Source: Eledone cirrhosa
Lineage: Eukaryota
Assembly (NCBI GenBank): GCA_964016885.1
Contig: OZ024745.1
Span: forward strand, 25,358,001 to 25,422,000
Direction: 5' to 3'
Length of the DNA stretch: 64,000 nt
Made by a program: the position numbers and the translations under genes. Below the pieces are notes generated by a model, which made no database searches, was not told the origin of the DNA, and saw nothing but the letters and a program-made list of their open reading frames with translations. Below are positions 51,430 to 64,000 of this stretch, piece after piece; the first letter of the stretch is position 1; the number at the start of each line of letters is the position of its first letter.

Positions 51430-52600
51430 CCAAAGATGCTTGTTAGGATCTATAAGGAAATGTCTACTAGCGAATGATATAGTAAAGATAGGATGACAAC
51501 TGAGTCTAAACATCATTACCAATTGTTCTGCTCAGGTAAGTAAACTGATTTGACTCCATCAGCTCTTGTCATTTGATAACGATGGCATCCGGTAGTGTCA
51601 TTGATTCGAGTCATGACTTTTCTGATATAGAACTTCAATATACGGGTTGTAGGTTTTCAAGCTGAACTTTGTAGCTGCACCCTGAAAAGAATCCACCAAG
51701 CTCTGTATAGACTTTGCACAATAAGGTACAAGGACATAATCATCAACAAACAAGATTTCTTTCGTTAACATGTGTGGAGTCTTAACTTGGAGATGTGACA
51801 TCTTAAATAAGTTAGCATCAGGTCTTATCTGCATGTGTACACTCTTCATTTGACTCCCCAAGCATCGTTAATGCATGAAGTGAGAATAGCGTTGTCGATA
51901 GCACAAATACCTCCTAGAATACTTCTACTGTAACATCAAACTGTGCAGAGCTGGAGTTCCTCTGCATGATTTAATTCCTCATACCAGTGTGTAAGGATTC
52001 AATTACATGAAATGATATTTCCGGGCATCCAAACTTTGTGAATACCTGCCGGGGGCCGGACCGGTTAACACTGTCGAATGCCTTTGTGAAATTAACGAAA
52101 ACCACACACAAGGTTTTTAATTCGTTCCATGCACTTTTTGTCTTGGATCTATCGAAAGCACATGTGGCAAGGTAATTCTTCCGCCTGTTGAACACACACT
52201 GAGTTTTGGATAGGGATTCTACTGTAATATTTTCATTCAGTCTGTTGAGTACTAAATACTCTTGTGAAAATCTTCACGGATTTGGAAAATACAGAAATCC
52301 ATTAATAATTGCTGTATTCGTTCCTATTACACTTGTTTAATATAGAGACGAGCCTTGTATTTTATAATTCTCTGGAACACCTCTAGCTTACAATAATTCC
52401 AACATCAACTGATGGAAACATTTAATGAGTCTGTTTTCTCCAATCTCCACACTTTCTTTGTCTCCACTTCCTGCTTGAAATCCTTTCAAAACATATTCGC
52501 CCTCAATGTTGCAACGTCCTCAATGCATGGTTTCTTTTAGGGTGTTCTCGTGTAGTGGTTGTGTCTAAAAAAGGCACATTCCACAGGACAGTGGTTTAAC
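51430..52600 (-). pseudogene. Decayed RTE-clade LINE reverse transcriptase
   Basis: Fragments LCVVFVNFTKAFDSVNR..TKFGCPE..IESLHTGM and IRPDANLFKMSHLQVKT..EILFVDD match the RT motifs FVDxxKAFD and LFADD in RTE-type context. Boundaries are approximate. Confidence 0.8.
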
Positions 52601-52814
52601 TACGTACTTTAGCAAAATCAAGTCATGGTTGAATTGCTTTTGATCATAAATAGCATACAAAAACAAACTGGGCACCACAAAAGAAAACATGGCTGTATCT
52701 ACATAGAACATTCACATATGAATGTCTAAGAGAATAATATAGTCCACCATTAGGTACGGGATATCTGTTACGGTGGATATGAGGATTGCATGGCTCAGTA
52801 GCTAGATGTCATAG

Positions 52815-53392
52815 GTTTGATTGATCGGGGCCGAAGTTTCGAATTTGAACGAAATCGGTTGAAAAATGTGGGAGCTAGAGCCGAAAAGGCGGAAATTTGA
52901 GCGAAAAGTTCCTGAACAAAAAATCTAAAATGTAAGACTACTTTAAGACGTGAAATAATCAGATGTAGCATAGTGTAAAATTTGAACAAAGTAGGTTTAT
53001 TAATATGGGAGCTAGAGCCGAAAAAGTGGAAATTTGAGTATAAAAGTGGTATTTTTGAATATTTAAGCGGCTGCCACACCGTCCCTGAACAATAAATGTA
53101 AAATATAAAGCCATTACAGAATGTGCAATGATAAATTCTATTTTGCTTTAAAATTTGAACGAAAGCGGTGGGAAAATGTGGGAGCTAGAGTCAAAAATCT
53201 TATTTTTCGATACCTAAAAAAAGGTGTCCCCACTATCGATTCTTATCGGCAGAATAAAAAAAAAACGATACGCTGATATATAGACAACACTCCCCGATGA
53301 CTAATCTATGAGCCTTTAAAGTTTCATGAAAATCGGTCGTAAGATGTAGGCCCCTATAGGTAATACACAGACACACACACATACATACTTAA
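52815..53392 (+). mobile_element. Helentron/DINE-like non-autonomous repeat (tentative)
   Basis: Three ~160-170-bp spaced repeats of AATTTGAACGAAA..AAATGTGGGAGCTAGAG, then AAGTTTCATGAAAATCGG and an ACAC/ACAT microsatellite. Confidence 0.45.
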
Positions 53393-53419
53393 TTTTAAAT
53401 ATATATATATATATATATA

Positions 53420-53712
53420 TACCTCCAGTTGGTGCGAGCAATAGCTAAATAAAGCTATTGGGACAAGTAATATCGCGTAAGGCGAGCGAGATCTTTGCGT
53501 TGCTATCATCCTTCTATGTTTGTTTACTTGTCTCGCTCGCTTTACGCGATATTACTTGTCCCAATAGCTTTATTAGCTATTGCTCGCACCAACTGGAGGT
53601 ATATGATTTTTAAAGCGATGAAATACCAATGAAGGTTGGAAAATCACTGATGAAGAACTAATTTTTTCATATGTAACCCATGTGCAACCACGCAGTATTC
53701 AATTCTTCTCAT

Positions 53713-53716
<4 letters not shown>
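53420..53716 (+). mobile_element. Fold-back element (family of 27218-27872)
   Basis: Arms TACCTCCAGTTGGTGCGAGCAATAGC.. / ..GCTATTGCTCGCACCAACTGGAGGTA, plus ~115-bp tail. Confidence 0.8.
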
Positions 53717-53777
<61 letters not shown>

Positions 53778-53879
53778 CTGGTTGTGTGCTCAATGCATTG
53801 CTTGACACATATTTATAGGGAACCTAATATAACTGTGTAACATTGCCTCATGTGTTGTTTGTTTTATTTATTAGCTACA

Positions 53880-54434
<555 letters not shown>

Positions 54435-54435
<1 letters not shown>

Positions 54436-55210
54436 TGTTTTGCAAGGTTTTTTATATGAATTCGTGTGTCGAAACAAATATTGTTATACTTGGGGAGGGT
54501 CATATTGTTGTAATATAGCCAGAAATAATAAGAGAACACACTCACTCTGTGTCTTTTATATCGGTTAATTTAATTTATTCGGTCCTCAATGTTGCCATTG
54601 ACTGACCAACGGTCCAAAAATACAGATACAATATAGACACAAACACATATATATAGTCTATCAAAGTTCTTTCTTTACGTTGTTTCCGCGGTCCGATTTG
54701 ACGAAAGTCGGTCGATGTATATATATATATATATATAAATATATGCACAAGCACAATAACAACAAACACATATAAACACACACTAGTAAACTAAAATAGA
54801 ATACAATAACCAAAACACATTCACCCAAACGCGAACACACATCAAACACTATACACACACGCAAACGCATGCGCAGAGAAGAAGACAAAAATAAATAAAT
54901 AAATAAATAAACAGATTAAATAAAGACGGCGTAGATATACAATACAACAGGAGGAACATAATAGCACCACTGACGATCTTGCAGATGTGCAACGAAAGAA
55001 CTTTGTTAGACTATATATATGTGTTTGTGTCTATATTATATCTGTATTTTTGACCGATGGTCAATCAATGGTAAACATTGAGGACCGAATAAATTAAATT
55101 AACTGATATAAAAGACACAGAAGCGAAAACCAACCAAACAGTGAGTGTGTTCTGTTATTAATTCAGGCAATATTATTACCACAATATGACCCTCCCCAAG
55201 TATAACAATA
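54435..55210. mobile_element. Fold-back element with decayed HHR; sister copy 56379-57078
   Basis: ~190-bp inverted arms. CTGACGA-t-(G/C)TTGCA gatg TGCAAC-GAAA at ~54970 and ~56903. A short SINE-tail-like insert lies at ~54679-54717. Confidence 0.8.
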
Positions 55211-55221
55211 TATATATATAT

Positions 55222-56042
55222 ATATGATAAACACAAAACGTGTTTGCATTGCAACAGACAGTCAGCTATTAATGAAATAAACTAATTAATGACTTATATC
55301 GAGACAGACAAATTGTATTCACTTTAATTAGTTTATTTCATTAATAGCTGACTGTCTGTTGCAATGCAAACACGTTTTGTGTTTATCATATATTTTAATG
55401 TATTTAACTGCTCGGAAATGCCTCTTTCCTGGAGCTTAATTATTGTAAAGGACTGAGAGCTTATTCTCAAAATATTATATAGTATATTGCTCCTTAAATG
55501 TTAGAGCTGATCTTTAATCCCGCATATATGGCTGTTATTTCTAGCACCGTTAATGCTGGACGGCTAGTTTGGTCTGGCTATACACGTGTAGTCAGACTTG
55601 CAAAATTTTTTGATGTGAGATGTACTAATTTCTACTGGATTTCTGTTGATATGCACAGAAGATTTGGATATTTCACTTTTTATTTCAATTCCATTTCGAT
55701 TCTCTTTATTTTTTAAATTCACATACCACCATTGCGAAACGGATTTAGGTTTCGAGGTTCAAATTCGTCTACAGAACAGGTTTGGATTTTGAAATTTAAA
55801 TCTGTCCAGGAATCATGGCAGTTGCCAATATAAGCTTGTCTTTATTGACTTATATCGAAACAGACAAATTGTATTCACTTTAATTAGTTTATTTCATTAA
55901 TAGCTGACTGTCTGTTGCAATGCAAACACGTTTTGTGTTTATCATATATTTTAATGTATTTAACTGCTCGGAAATGCTCCTTTCCTGGAGCTTAATTATT
56001 GTAAAGGACTGAGAGCTTATTCTCAAAATATTATATAGTATA
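55222..56042 (+). mobile_element. Inverted arm + partial tandem (556-bp monomer) element
   Basis: 55222-55289 is inverted against 55324-55391; direct repeat 55290-55486 / 55846-56042; TA flanks. Confidence 0.8.
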
Positions 56043-56245
56043 TATATATATAGGAACAAGTATGACCCCGACGGCACAGCTCAAGCCGTTTCGACAGGTA
56101 TTTTTTTTTCTTTTTAGTCCAGACATAGCCGTCGAAACAGCTTGAGCTCTGCCGTCGGGGTCATACTTGTTCCTATTACCCACTCTACCACCCTAAGTAT
56201 TGAGTACTTTGATGCGTTATGGTCCATCTGGTTCCTTACCACAAT

Positions 56246-56350
<105 letters not shown>

Positions 56351-57849
56351 GTGTTTGTATATATATATATATATATATATTGTTATACTTGGGGAGGGTC
56401 ATATTTGTGTAATAATATTGCCAGAATTAATAACAGAACACACTCACTGTTTGGTTGGTTTTCGCTTCTGTGTCTTTTATATCGGTTAATTTAATTTATT
56501 CTGTCCTCAATGTTTACCATTGATTGACCAACCGTCCAAAAATACAGATACAATATAGACACAAACACATATATATAGTCTATCAAAAAACATGAATGGA
56601 ATAACAACAACACCCAAACAAACAACACTGACCTAAGAGAAGTATAAGTAAATAAATAAATAAATACATACACAAGCACAATAACAACAAACACATATAA
56701 ACACACACTAGTAAACTAAGATAGAATACATTAACCAATACACAATCACCGAAACAAGAACACACATCAAACAAAACACTATACACACACGCAAACGCAT
56801 GCGCAGAGAAGACAAAAAATAAACAAATAAATAAATAAATAAACAGACTAAATAAAGATGGCGTAAGCATACAATGCAACGGGAGGAAACATCATAGCAC
56901 CACTGACGATGTTGCAGATGTGCAACGAAAGAACTTTGATAGACTATATATATGTGTTTGTGTCTATATTGTATGTGTATTTTTGGACCGTTGGTCAGTC
57001 AATGGCAACATTGAGGACCGAATAAATTAAATTAACCGATATAAAAGACACAGATGCGAAAACCAACCAAACAGTGAAGAGCAGATATATATTTGTTCTA
57101 GGGTTCTTATATATTTGATATATATTTATCCTTATTGAGCCCTCTTGGCAGTAGCGGTAGAGGGTCGGACGCCATGCTTTCCAGCATAGTTATATCCCTT
57201 TCTGATCTGCGTTCAAATCCCGCCGAGGTTGACTTTGTCTTTCTTCCTTACGGAGTCGATAAAATAAAGTACCAGTAATGCACTGGTTAATTGCTGGCCT
57301 TGTGCCAAAAGTAGAAACAATTATTACTATATATATATATATAGATAGATAGATATATTGCAGTGGGTGCTAGTGTTGTTCAATGTCTTGTTGGTGGCAG
57401 AGGTGGTGGTCAAACCTTATCTAACATTCGATCTAATTGTCTAATGTGTCCTTGCCATCTTTTTAAAAATCATGGCGGAAGTGTCATTTGAGGGAGAACT
57501 TCGTTGTTATTTCTAGTTGTTTGGCTTGCTGTTGTTGTAGTTATTGTAGTTATTGTTGTTGTTGTTGTTGTTGTTTGTGGCAGACTGTTGAATAGCGATT
57601 TCCCGCTGATTCTACGACAGCTGTTTGTTATGGCATTTCATCAGTGGTGGCGAGGCGAGAGAGAGAGAGAGAGATGGAGGGAGAGGAGACGGAGGAAAGA
57701 AGAAGCGATAGTTCGTTCACACGATACTATTTCATTTTATTTATTTATTTATATCCTTATTCGTCTTTCCCTCCTTTTATTTTTTTCTTCCTCTATTTTC
57801 CCTTCTTTCGTTTTCATTTCTTTTCATCATTTTCATCGTCTTTTCTTTC

Positions 57850-57909
<60 letters not shown>

Positions 57910-58489
57910 TGCTCTGTTACGTTGTGTTAGATGCACTCTAAATACTCTGTTAATTCATATCTATCAGACTTATTATCAAAGACATTCCAGCCATGACCAT
58001 TTCATTCCAATGTACTTATCTATGACTCTCAAAAAAATTATATTTAAAAAGAAATGCTGTACATACATTTGAGAGGATTTTGGTGGCTATTTCTAGCAGG
58101 TTGAGTGACCGTACAAAGGTTCACTCACTCATTGAGTTATTGCTGCTGTTGTGTTGTTGATGATATTGTTGTTGTTCTTGATGATGTTGCAGTTGTTGTT
58201 ATTGTTGTTTTTCTTGTTGTTATTATTGTCGTTACTGTTGTTGTCATTATTGTTAATGGAGTTGTTGCAGTTGTTGTTGTTGATGCTGCTGTTGTTGTTG
58301 TTGTTGCTGTTGTTATGGCTGCTGTTGCTAATGTTGTATATTGTTGCTATTGTTGTTGCTGTTGTTATTGCTGCTGCTGCTAATGGTGCTACTGTTGTAT
58401 ATTGTTGCTGTTGTTGTTGTTGTTATTGCTGCTGCTGTTGCTGCTACTGTTGTATATTGTTGCTGTTGTTATTGTTGTACAGCTGCTGA

Positions 58490-61400
58490 AGGTGTTGTAG
58501 GTGTTTCTAATGTTGTTGTTGTTGTTATTGTTGTACTGCTGCTGCTGGTATTGTAGGTGTTTCTAATGTTGTTGTTGTTATTGTTGTACTGCTGCTGATT
58601 GTGTTGTCGGTGTTTCTAATGTAGTTGTTGTTGTTATTGTTGTACTGCTGCTGCTGTTGTTGTAGGTGTTTCTAATGTTGTTGTTGTTATTGTTGTACTG
58701 CTGCTGCTGGTGTTGTAGGTGTTTGTAATGTTGTTGTTGTTGTTATTGTTGTACAGCTGCTGATGGTGTTGTAGGTGTTTCTAATGTTGTTGTTGTTATT
58801 GTTGTACAGCTGCTGCTGGTGTTGTAGGTGTTTCTAATGTTGTTGTTGTTGTTATTGTTGTACAGCTGCTGCTGGTGTTGTAGGTGTTTCTAATGTTGTT
58901 GTTGTTATTGTTGTACAGCTGCTGCTGGTGTTGTAGGTGTTTCTAATGTTGTTGTTGTTGTTATTGTTGTACTGCTGCTGATGGTGTTGTAGGTGTTTCT
59001 AATGTTGTTGTTATTGTTGTACTGCTGCTGTTGGTGTTGTAGGTGTTTCTAATGTTGTTGTTGTTGTTATTGTTGTACAGCTGCTGAAGGTGTTGTAGGT
59101 GTTTCTAATGTTGTTGTTGTTGTTATTGTTGTACTGCTGCTGAAGGTGTTGTAGGTGTTTCTAATGTTGTTGTTGTTGTTATTGTTGTACTGCTGCTGAA
59201 GGTGTTGTAGGTGTTTCTAATGTTGTTGTTGTTGTTATTGTTGTACTGCTGCTGAAGGTGTTGTAGGTGTTTCTAATGTTGTTGTTGTTATTGTTGTACA
59301 GCTGCTGCTGGTGTTGTAGGTGTTTGTAATGTTGTTGTTGTTGTTATTGTTGTACAGCTGCTGATGGTGTTGTAGGTGTTTCTAATGTTGTTGTTGTTAT
59401 TGTTGTACAGCTGCTGCTGGTGTTGTAGGTGTTTCTAATGTTGTTGTTGTTGTTATTGTTGTACAGCTGCTGCTGGTGTTGTAGGTGTTTCTAATGTTGT
59501 TGTTGTTATTGTTGTACAGCTGCTGCTGGTGTTGTAGGTGTTTCTAATGTTGTTGTTGTTGTTATTGTTGTACTGCTGCTGATGGTGTTGTAGGTGTTTC
59601 TAATGTTGTTGTTATTGTTGTACTGCTGCTGAAGGTGTTGTAGGTGTTTCTAATGTTGTTGTTGTTGTTATTGTTGTACTGCTGCTGAAGGTGTTGTAGG
59701 TGTTTCTAATGTTGTTGTTGTTGTTATTGTTGTACAGCTGCTGATGGTGTTGTAGGTGTTTCTAATGTTGTTGTTGTTGTTATTGTTGTACTGCTGCTGT
59801 TGGTGTTGTAGGTGTTTCTAATGTTGTTGTTGTTGTTATTGTTGTACTGCTGCTGAAGGTGTTGTAGGTGTTTCTAATGTTGTTGTTGTTGTTATTGTTG
59901 TACTGCTGCTGAAGGTGTTGTAGGTGTTTCTAATGTTGTTGTTGTTGTTATTGTTGTACTGCTGCTGAAGGTGTTGTAGGTGTTTCTAATGTTGTTGTTG
60001 TTGTTATTGTTGTACTGCTGCTGAAGGTGTTGTAGGTGTTTCTAATGTTGTTGTTGTTGTTATTGTTGTACTGCTGCTGAAGGTGTTGTAGGTGTTTCTA
60101 ATGTTGTTGTTGTTGTTATTGTTGTACAGCTGCTGATCGTGTTGTAGGTGTTTCTAATGTTGTTGTTGTTGTTATTGTTGTACTGCTGCTGTTGGTGTTG
60201 TAGGTGTTTCTAATGTTGTTGTTGTTGTTATTGTTGTACTGCTGCTGAAGGTGTTGTAGGTGTTTCTAATGTTGTTGTTGTTGTTATTGTTGTACTGCTG
60301 CTGAAGGTGTTGTAGGTGTTTCTAATGTTGTTGTTGTTGTTATTGTTGTACTGCTGCTGAAGGTGTTGTAGGTGTTTCTAATGTTGTTGTTGTTGTTATT
60401 GTTGTACAGCTGCTGATGGTGTTGTAGGTGTTTCTAATGTTGTTGTTGTTGTTATTGTTGTACTGCTGCTGTTGGTGTTGTAGGTGTTTCTAATGTTGTT
60501 GTTGTTGTTATTGTTGTACTGCTGCTGAAGGTGTTGTAGGTGTTTCTAATGTTGTTGTTGTTGTTATTGTTGTACTGCTGCTGAAGTTGTTGTAGGTGTT
60601 TCTAATGTTGTTGTTGTTGTTATTGTTGTACTGCTGCTGAAGATGTTGTAGGTGTTTCTAATGTTGTTGTTGTTGTTATTGTTGTACTGCTGCTGAAGGT
60701 GTTGTAGGTGTTTCTAATGTTGTTGTTGTTGTTATTGTTGTACTGCTGCTGAAGGTGTTGTAGGTGTTTCTAATGTTGTTGTTGTTGTTATTGTTGTACA
60801 GCTGCTGATGGTGTTGTAGGTGTTTCTAATGTTGTTGTTGTTGTTGTTGTTATTGTTGTACAGCTGCTGATGGTGTTGTAGGTGTTTCTAATGTTGTTGT
60901 TGTTGTTGTTATTGTTGTACAGCTGCTGATGGTGTTCTAGGTGTTTCTAATGTTGTTGTTGTTGTTGTTATTGTTGTACAGCTGCTGATGGTGTTCTAGG
61001 TGTTTCTAATGTTGTTGTTGTTGTTGTTATTGTTGTACAGCTGCTGATGGTGTTCTAGGTGTTTCTAATGTTGTTGTTGTTGTTGTTATTGTTGTACAGC
61101 TGCTGATGGTGTTCTAGGTGTTTCTAATGTTGTTGTTGTTGTTGTTATTGTTGTACTGCTGCTGATGGTGTTCTAGGTGTTTCTAATGTTGTTGTTGTTG
61201 TTGTTATTGTTGTACAGCTGCTGATGGTGTTCTAGGTGTTTCTAATGTTGTTGTTGTTGTTGTTATTGTTGTACAGCTGCTGATGGTGTTCTAGGTGTTT
61301 CTAATGTTGTTGTTGTTGTTGTTATTGTTGTACAGCTGCTGATGGTGTTCTAGGTGTTTCTAATGTTGTTGTTGTTGTTGTTATTGTTGTACTGCTGCTG

Positions 61401-62047
61401 ATGGTGTTCTAGGTGTTTCTAATGTTGTTGTTGTTGTTGTTATTGTTGTACAGCTGCTGATGGTGTTCTAGGTGTTTCTAATGTTGTTGTTGTTGTTATT
61501 GTTGTACTGCTGCTGGTGGTGTTGTAGGTGTTTCTAATGTTGTTGTTGTTGTTATTGTTGTACTGCTGCTGTTGGTGTTGTAGGTGTTTCTAATGTTGTT
61601 GTTGTTGTTATTGTTGTACTGCTGCTGTTGGTGTTGTAGGTGTTTCTAATGTTGTTGTTGTTGTTATTGTTGTACTGCTGCTGATGGTGTTGTAGGTGTT
61701 TCTAATGTTGTTGTTGTTGTTATTGTTGTACAGCTGCTGCTGGTGTTGTAGGTGTTTCTAATGTTGTTGTTGTTGTTATTGTTGTACTGCTGCTGTTGGT
61801 GTTGTAGGTGTTTCTAATGTTGTTGTTGTTGTTATTGTTGTACTGCTGCTGATGGTGTTGTAGGTGTTTCTAATGTTGTTGTTGTTGTTATTGTTGTACT
61901 GCTGCTGGTGGTGTTGTAGGTGTTTCTAATGTTGTTGTTGTTGTTATTGTTGTACTGCTGCTGTTGGTGTTGTAGGTGTTTCTAATGTTGTTGTTATTGT
62001 TGTACAGCTGCTGAAGGTGTTGTAGGTGTTTCTAATGTTGTTGTTGT
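58490..62047. repeat. 3.5-kb minisatellite, 56-bp unit (53/59 variants)
   Basis: GCTGCTGAAGGTGTTGTAGGTGTTTCTAATGTTGTTGTTGTTGTTATTGTTGTACT repeated. The unit is not a multiple of 3 and contains stops. Confidence 0.95.
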
Positions 62048-62151
62048 TAGTGATGTTGACTATGATAATGATAGATGTGTAAAGTTCTTTCTGATGTCAT
62101 CGGGTTTCCTTTTCTTGTTCATCTTCTCATAGTTCCTCATCGTCATCGTGA

Positions 62152-62190
<39 letters not shown>

Positions 62191-62669
62191 CCATCATCGT
62201 CGTCATCGCCCTCATCATCGTCATCGTCATCATCATCACCATCGTCATCATCATCGCCCTCATCATCGTCATCGTCATCATCATCGCCCTCATTATCGTC
62301 ATCTTCATCTTCATTTTTGTAAAACTCCTCCTATACCGACCTCAGCCCCCCCCCCTCTGTCTTCTTTCCTTTTCCTTCCATTTATTATTTTATTATAGTT
62401 GTTGTTGTTGTTGTTGTTGTTGTTGTATGTTGACGTTCTAACTGTAATGTTATTTTTGTATTGCAGGCGAGTTTGTAAGTCTGCGTACACACAGATACAC
62501 ACTCACTCACATCTATATATATATACACATCTCTATATATATATATATATATAGATGTGTATATATATATATAGAGAGATGTATATATATATATATAGAT
62601 GTGTATATATATATAGATGTATATATATATATATACATCTATATATGTATATATATATATATATAGAGA

Positions 62670-62781
<112 letters not shown>

Positions 62782-62804
62782 TGTGTATATATATATATAT
62801 ATAG

Positions 62805-62879
<75 letters not shown>

Positions 62880-62938
62880 TGTGTATATATATATATATAT
62901 ATATATAGATGTGTATATATATATATATATATATATAG

Positions 62939-62987
<49 letters not shown>

Positions 62988-63004
62988 TGTGTATATATAT
63001 ATAG

Positions 63005-63043
<39 letters not shown>

Positions 63044-63266
63044 TGTGTATATATATATATTTATATATATATATATATAGATGTGTATATATATATATAT
63101 TTATATATATATATATATAGATGTGTATATATATATATATTTATATATATATATAGATGTGTATATATATATATATTTATATATATATATATATAGATGT
63201 GTATATATATATATATTTATATATATATATATATATAGATGTGTATATATATATATATATATATAG

Positions 63267-63343
<77 letters not shown>

Positions 63344-63467
63344 AGAGAGCGATATATACGTATATATATATATATATATATAGAATGTATATATATATAT
63401 ATATCGCTCTCTCACTGTCTCTCTGTCTCTCTGTATATACATATCTATATATATATATGTATATACA

Positions 63468-63507
<40 letters not shown>

Positions 63508-63735
63508 TGTATATATATATATGTTTATATACATAGATATACACGCACGCCCATAAATCCGTACGTACAGTAACAGACACATTTACACATGTATTATCAT
63601 TTTAAATGTATACATAAACACATAAATATATACATACCAATTGGTATATATGTGTATATATATGATATGTGTATATGTATATATATATATACACATACAT
63701 AAGCGTGTTTGTGTAAGTATATCTGTCTGTGTGTT

Positions 63736-63767
<32 letters not shown>

Positions 63768-64000
63768 CATTTGTGTGTATGTCTGTGTGTTTGTGTGTAT
63801 GTCTGCCTGTATGTTTGTATGTATGTATGTCTGTGTGTTTTTGTATTCATTTATATATTTATATGTTTATATATTTATTTGGTTTTTATTTTATTTTATT
63901 TTATTTTATTTTATTTTATTTTATTTTATTTTATTATTTTCAACCTTATTTTGTTTCATTTTATATCTTTACTTTTATATTTTTTATTTAAATTTCTTTT

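Noticed and set aside
53615-53675. GAAA...CTGATGA as a permuted (type II) hammerhead, also at ~27280-27325
   Set aside because: Could not form helix I with an NUH site or helix II.
58490-62047. Mucin-like TTTLETPTTPSAA reading on the minus strand, and CRISPR-like periodicity
   Set aside because: The 56-bp unit shifts frame and contains TAA; there are no unique spacers.
62075-62441. His/Arg-rich and Ile/Val-rich ORFs
   Set aside because: (CAT/CGT)n microsatellite.

Overview
This is non-genic, very AT-rich eukaryotic DNA with no supportable host gene. The SINE families and dense (TA)n arrays suggest a coleoid cephalopod, probably an octopod (inference). The main signal is an archipelago of short non-autonomous elements inserted into (TA)n microsatellites. 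Most are asymmetric fold-backs: an inverted arm, a direct arm, and a unique tail on one side only. At least 12 sequence-unrelated families carry a minimal type I hammerhead ribozyme (HHR), about 20 intact or near-intact motifs plus several decayed ones. Nine families have a different perfect palindrome in helix III. Recurrent core variants occur: U3-A8 in place of C3-G8, and mismatched 10.1/11.1 pairs. This architecture matches pseudo-LTR (pLTR) remnants of Penelope-like elements (PLEs) or retrozymes. Also present: a full-length, frameshifted Tigger/pogo DD32D transposon (39826-42329); several tRNA-type SINEs with target-site duplications (TSDs); Tc1/mariner-, Tigger- and hAT-type MITEs; a decayed RTE reverse transcriptase; a short RTE derivative with a candidate HDV-like ribozyme; and two long minisatellites (12.5-18.6 kb and 58.5-62.0 kb). 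All structures were folded by eye and need computational confirmation.
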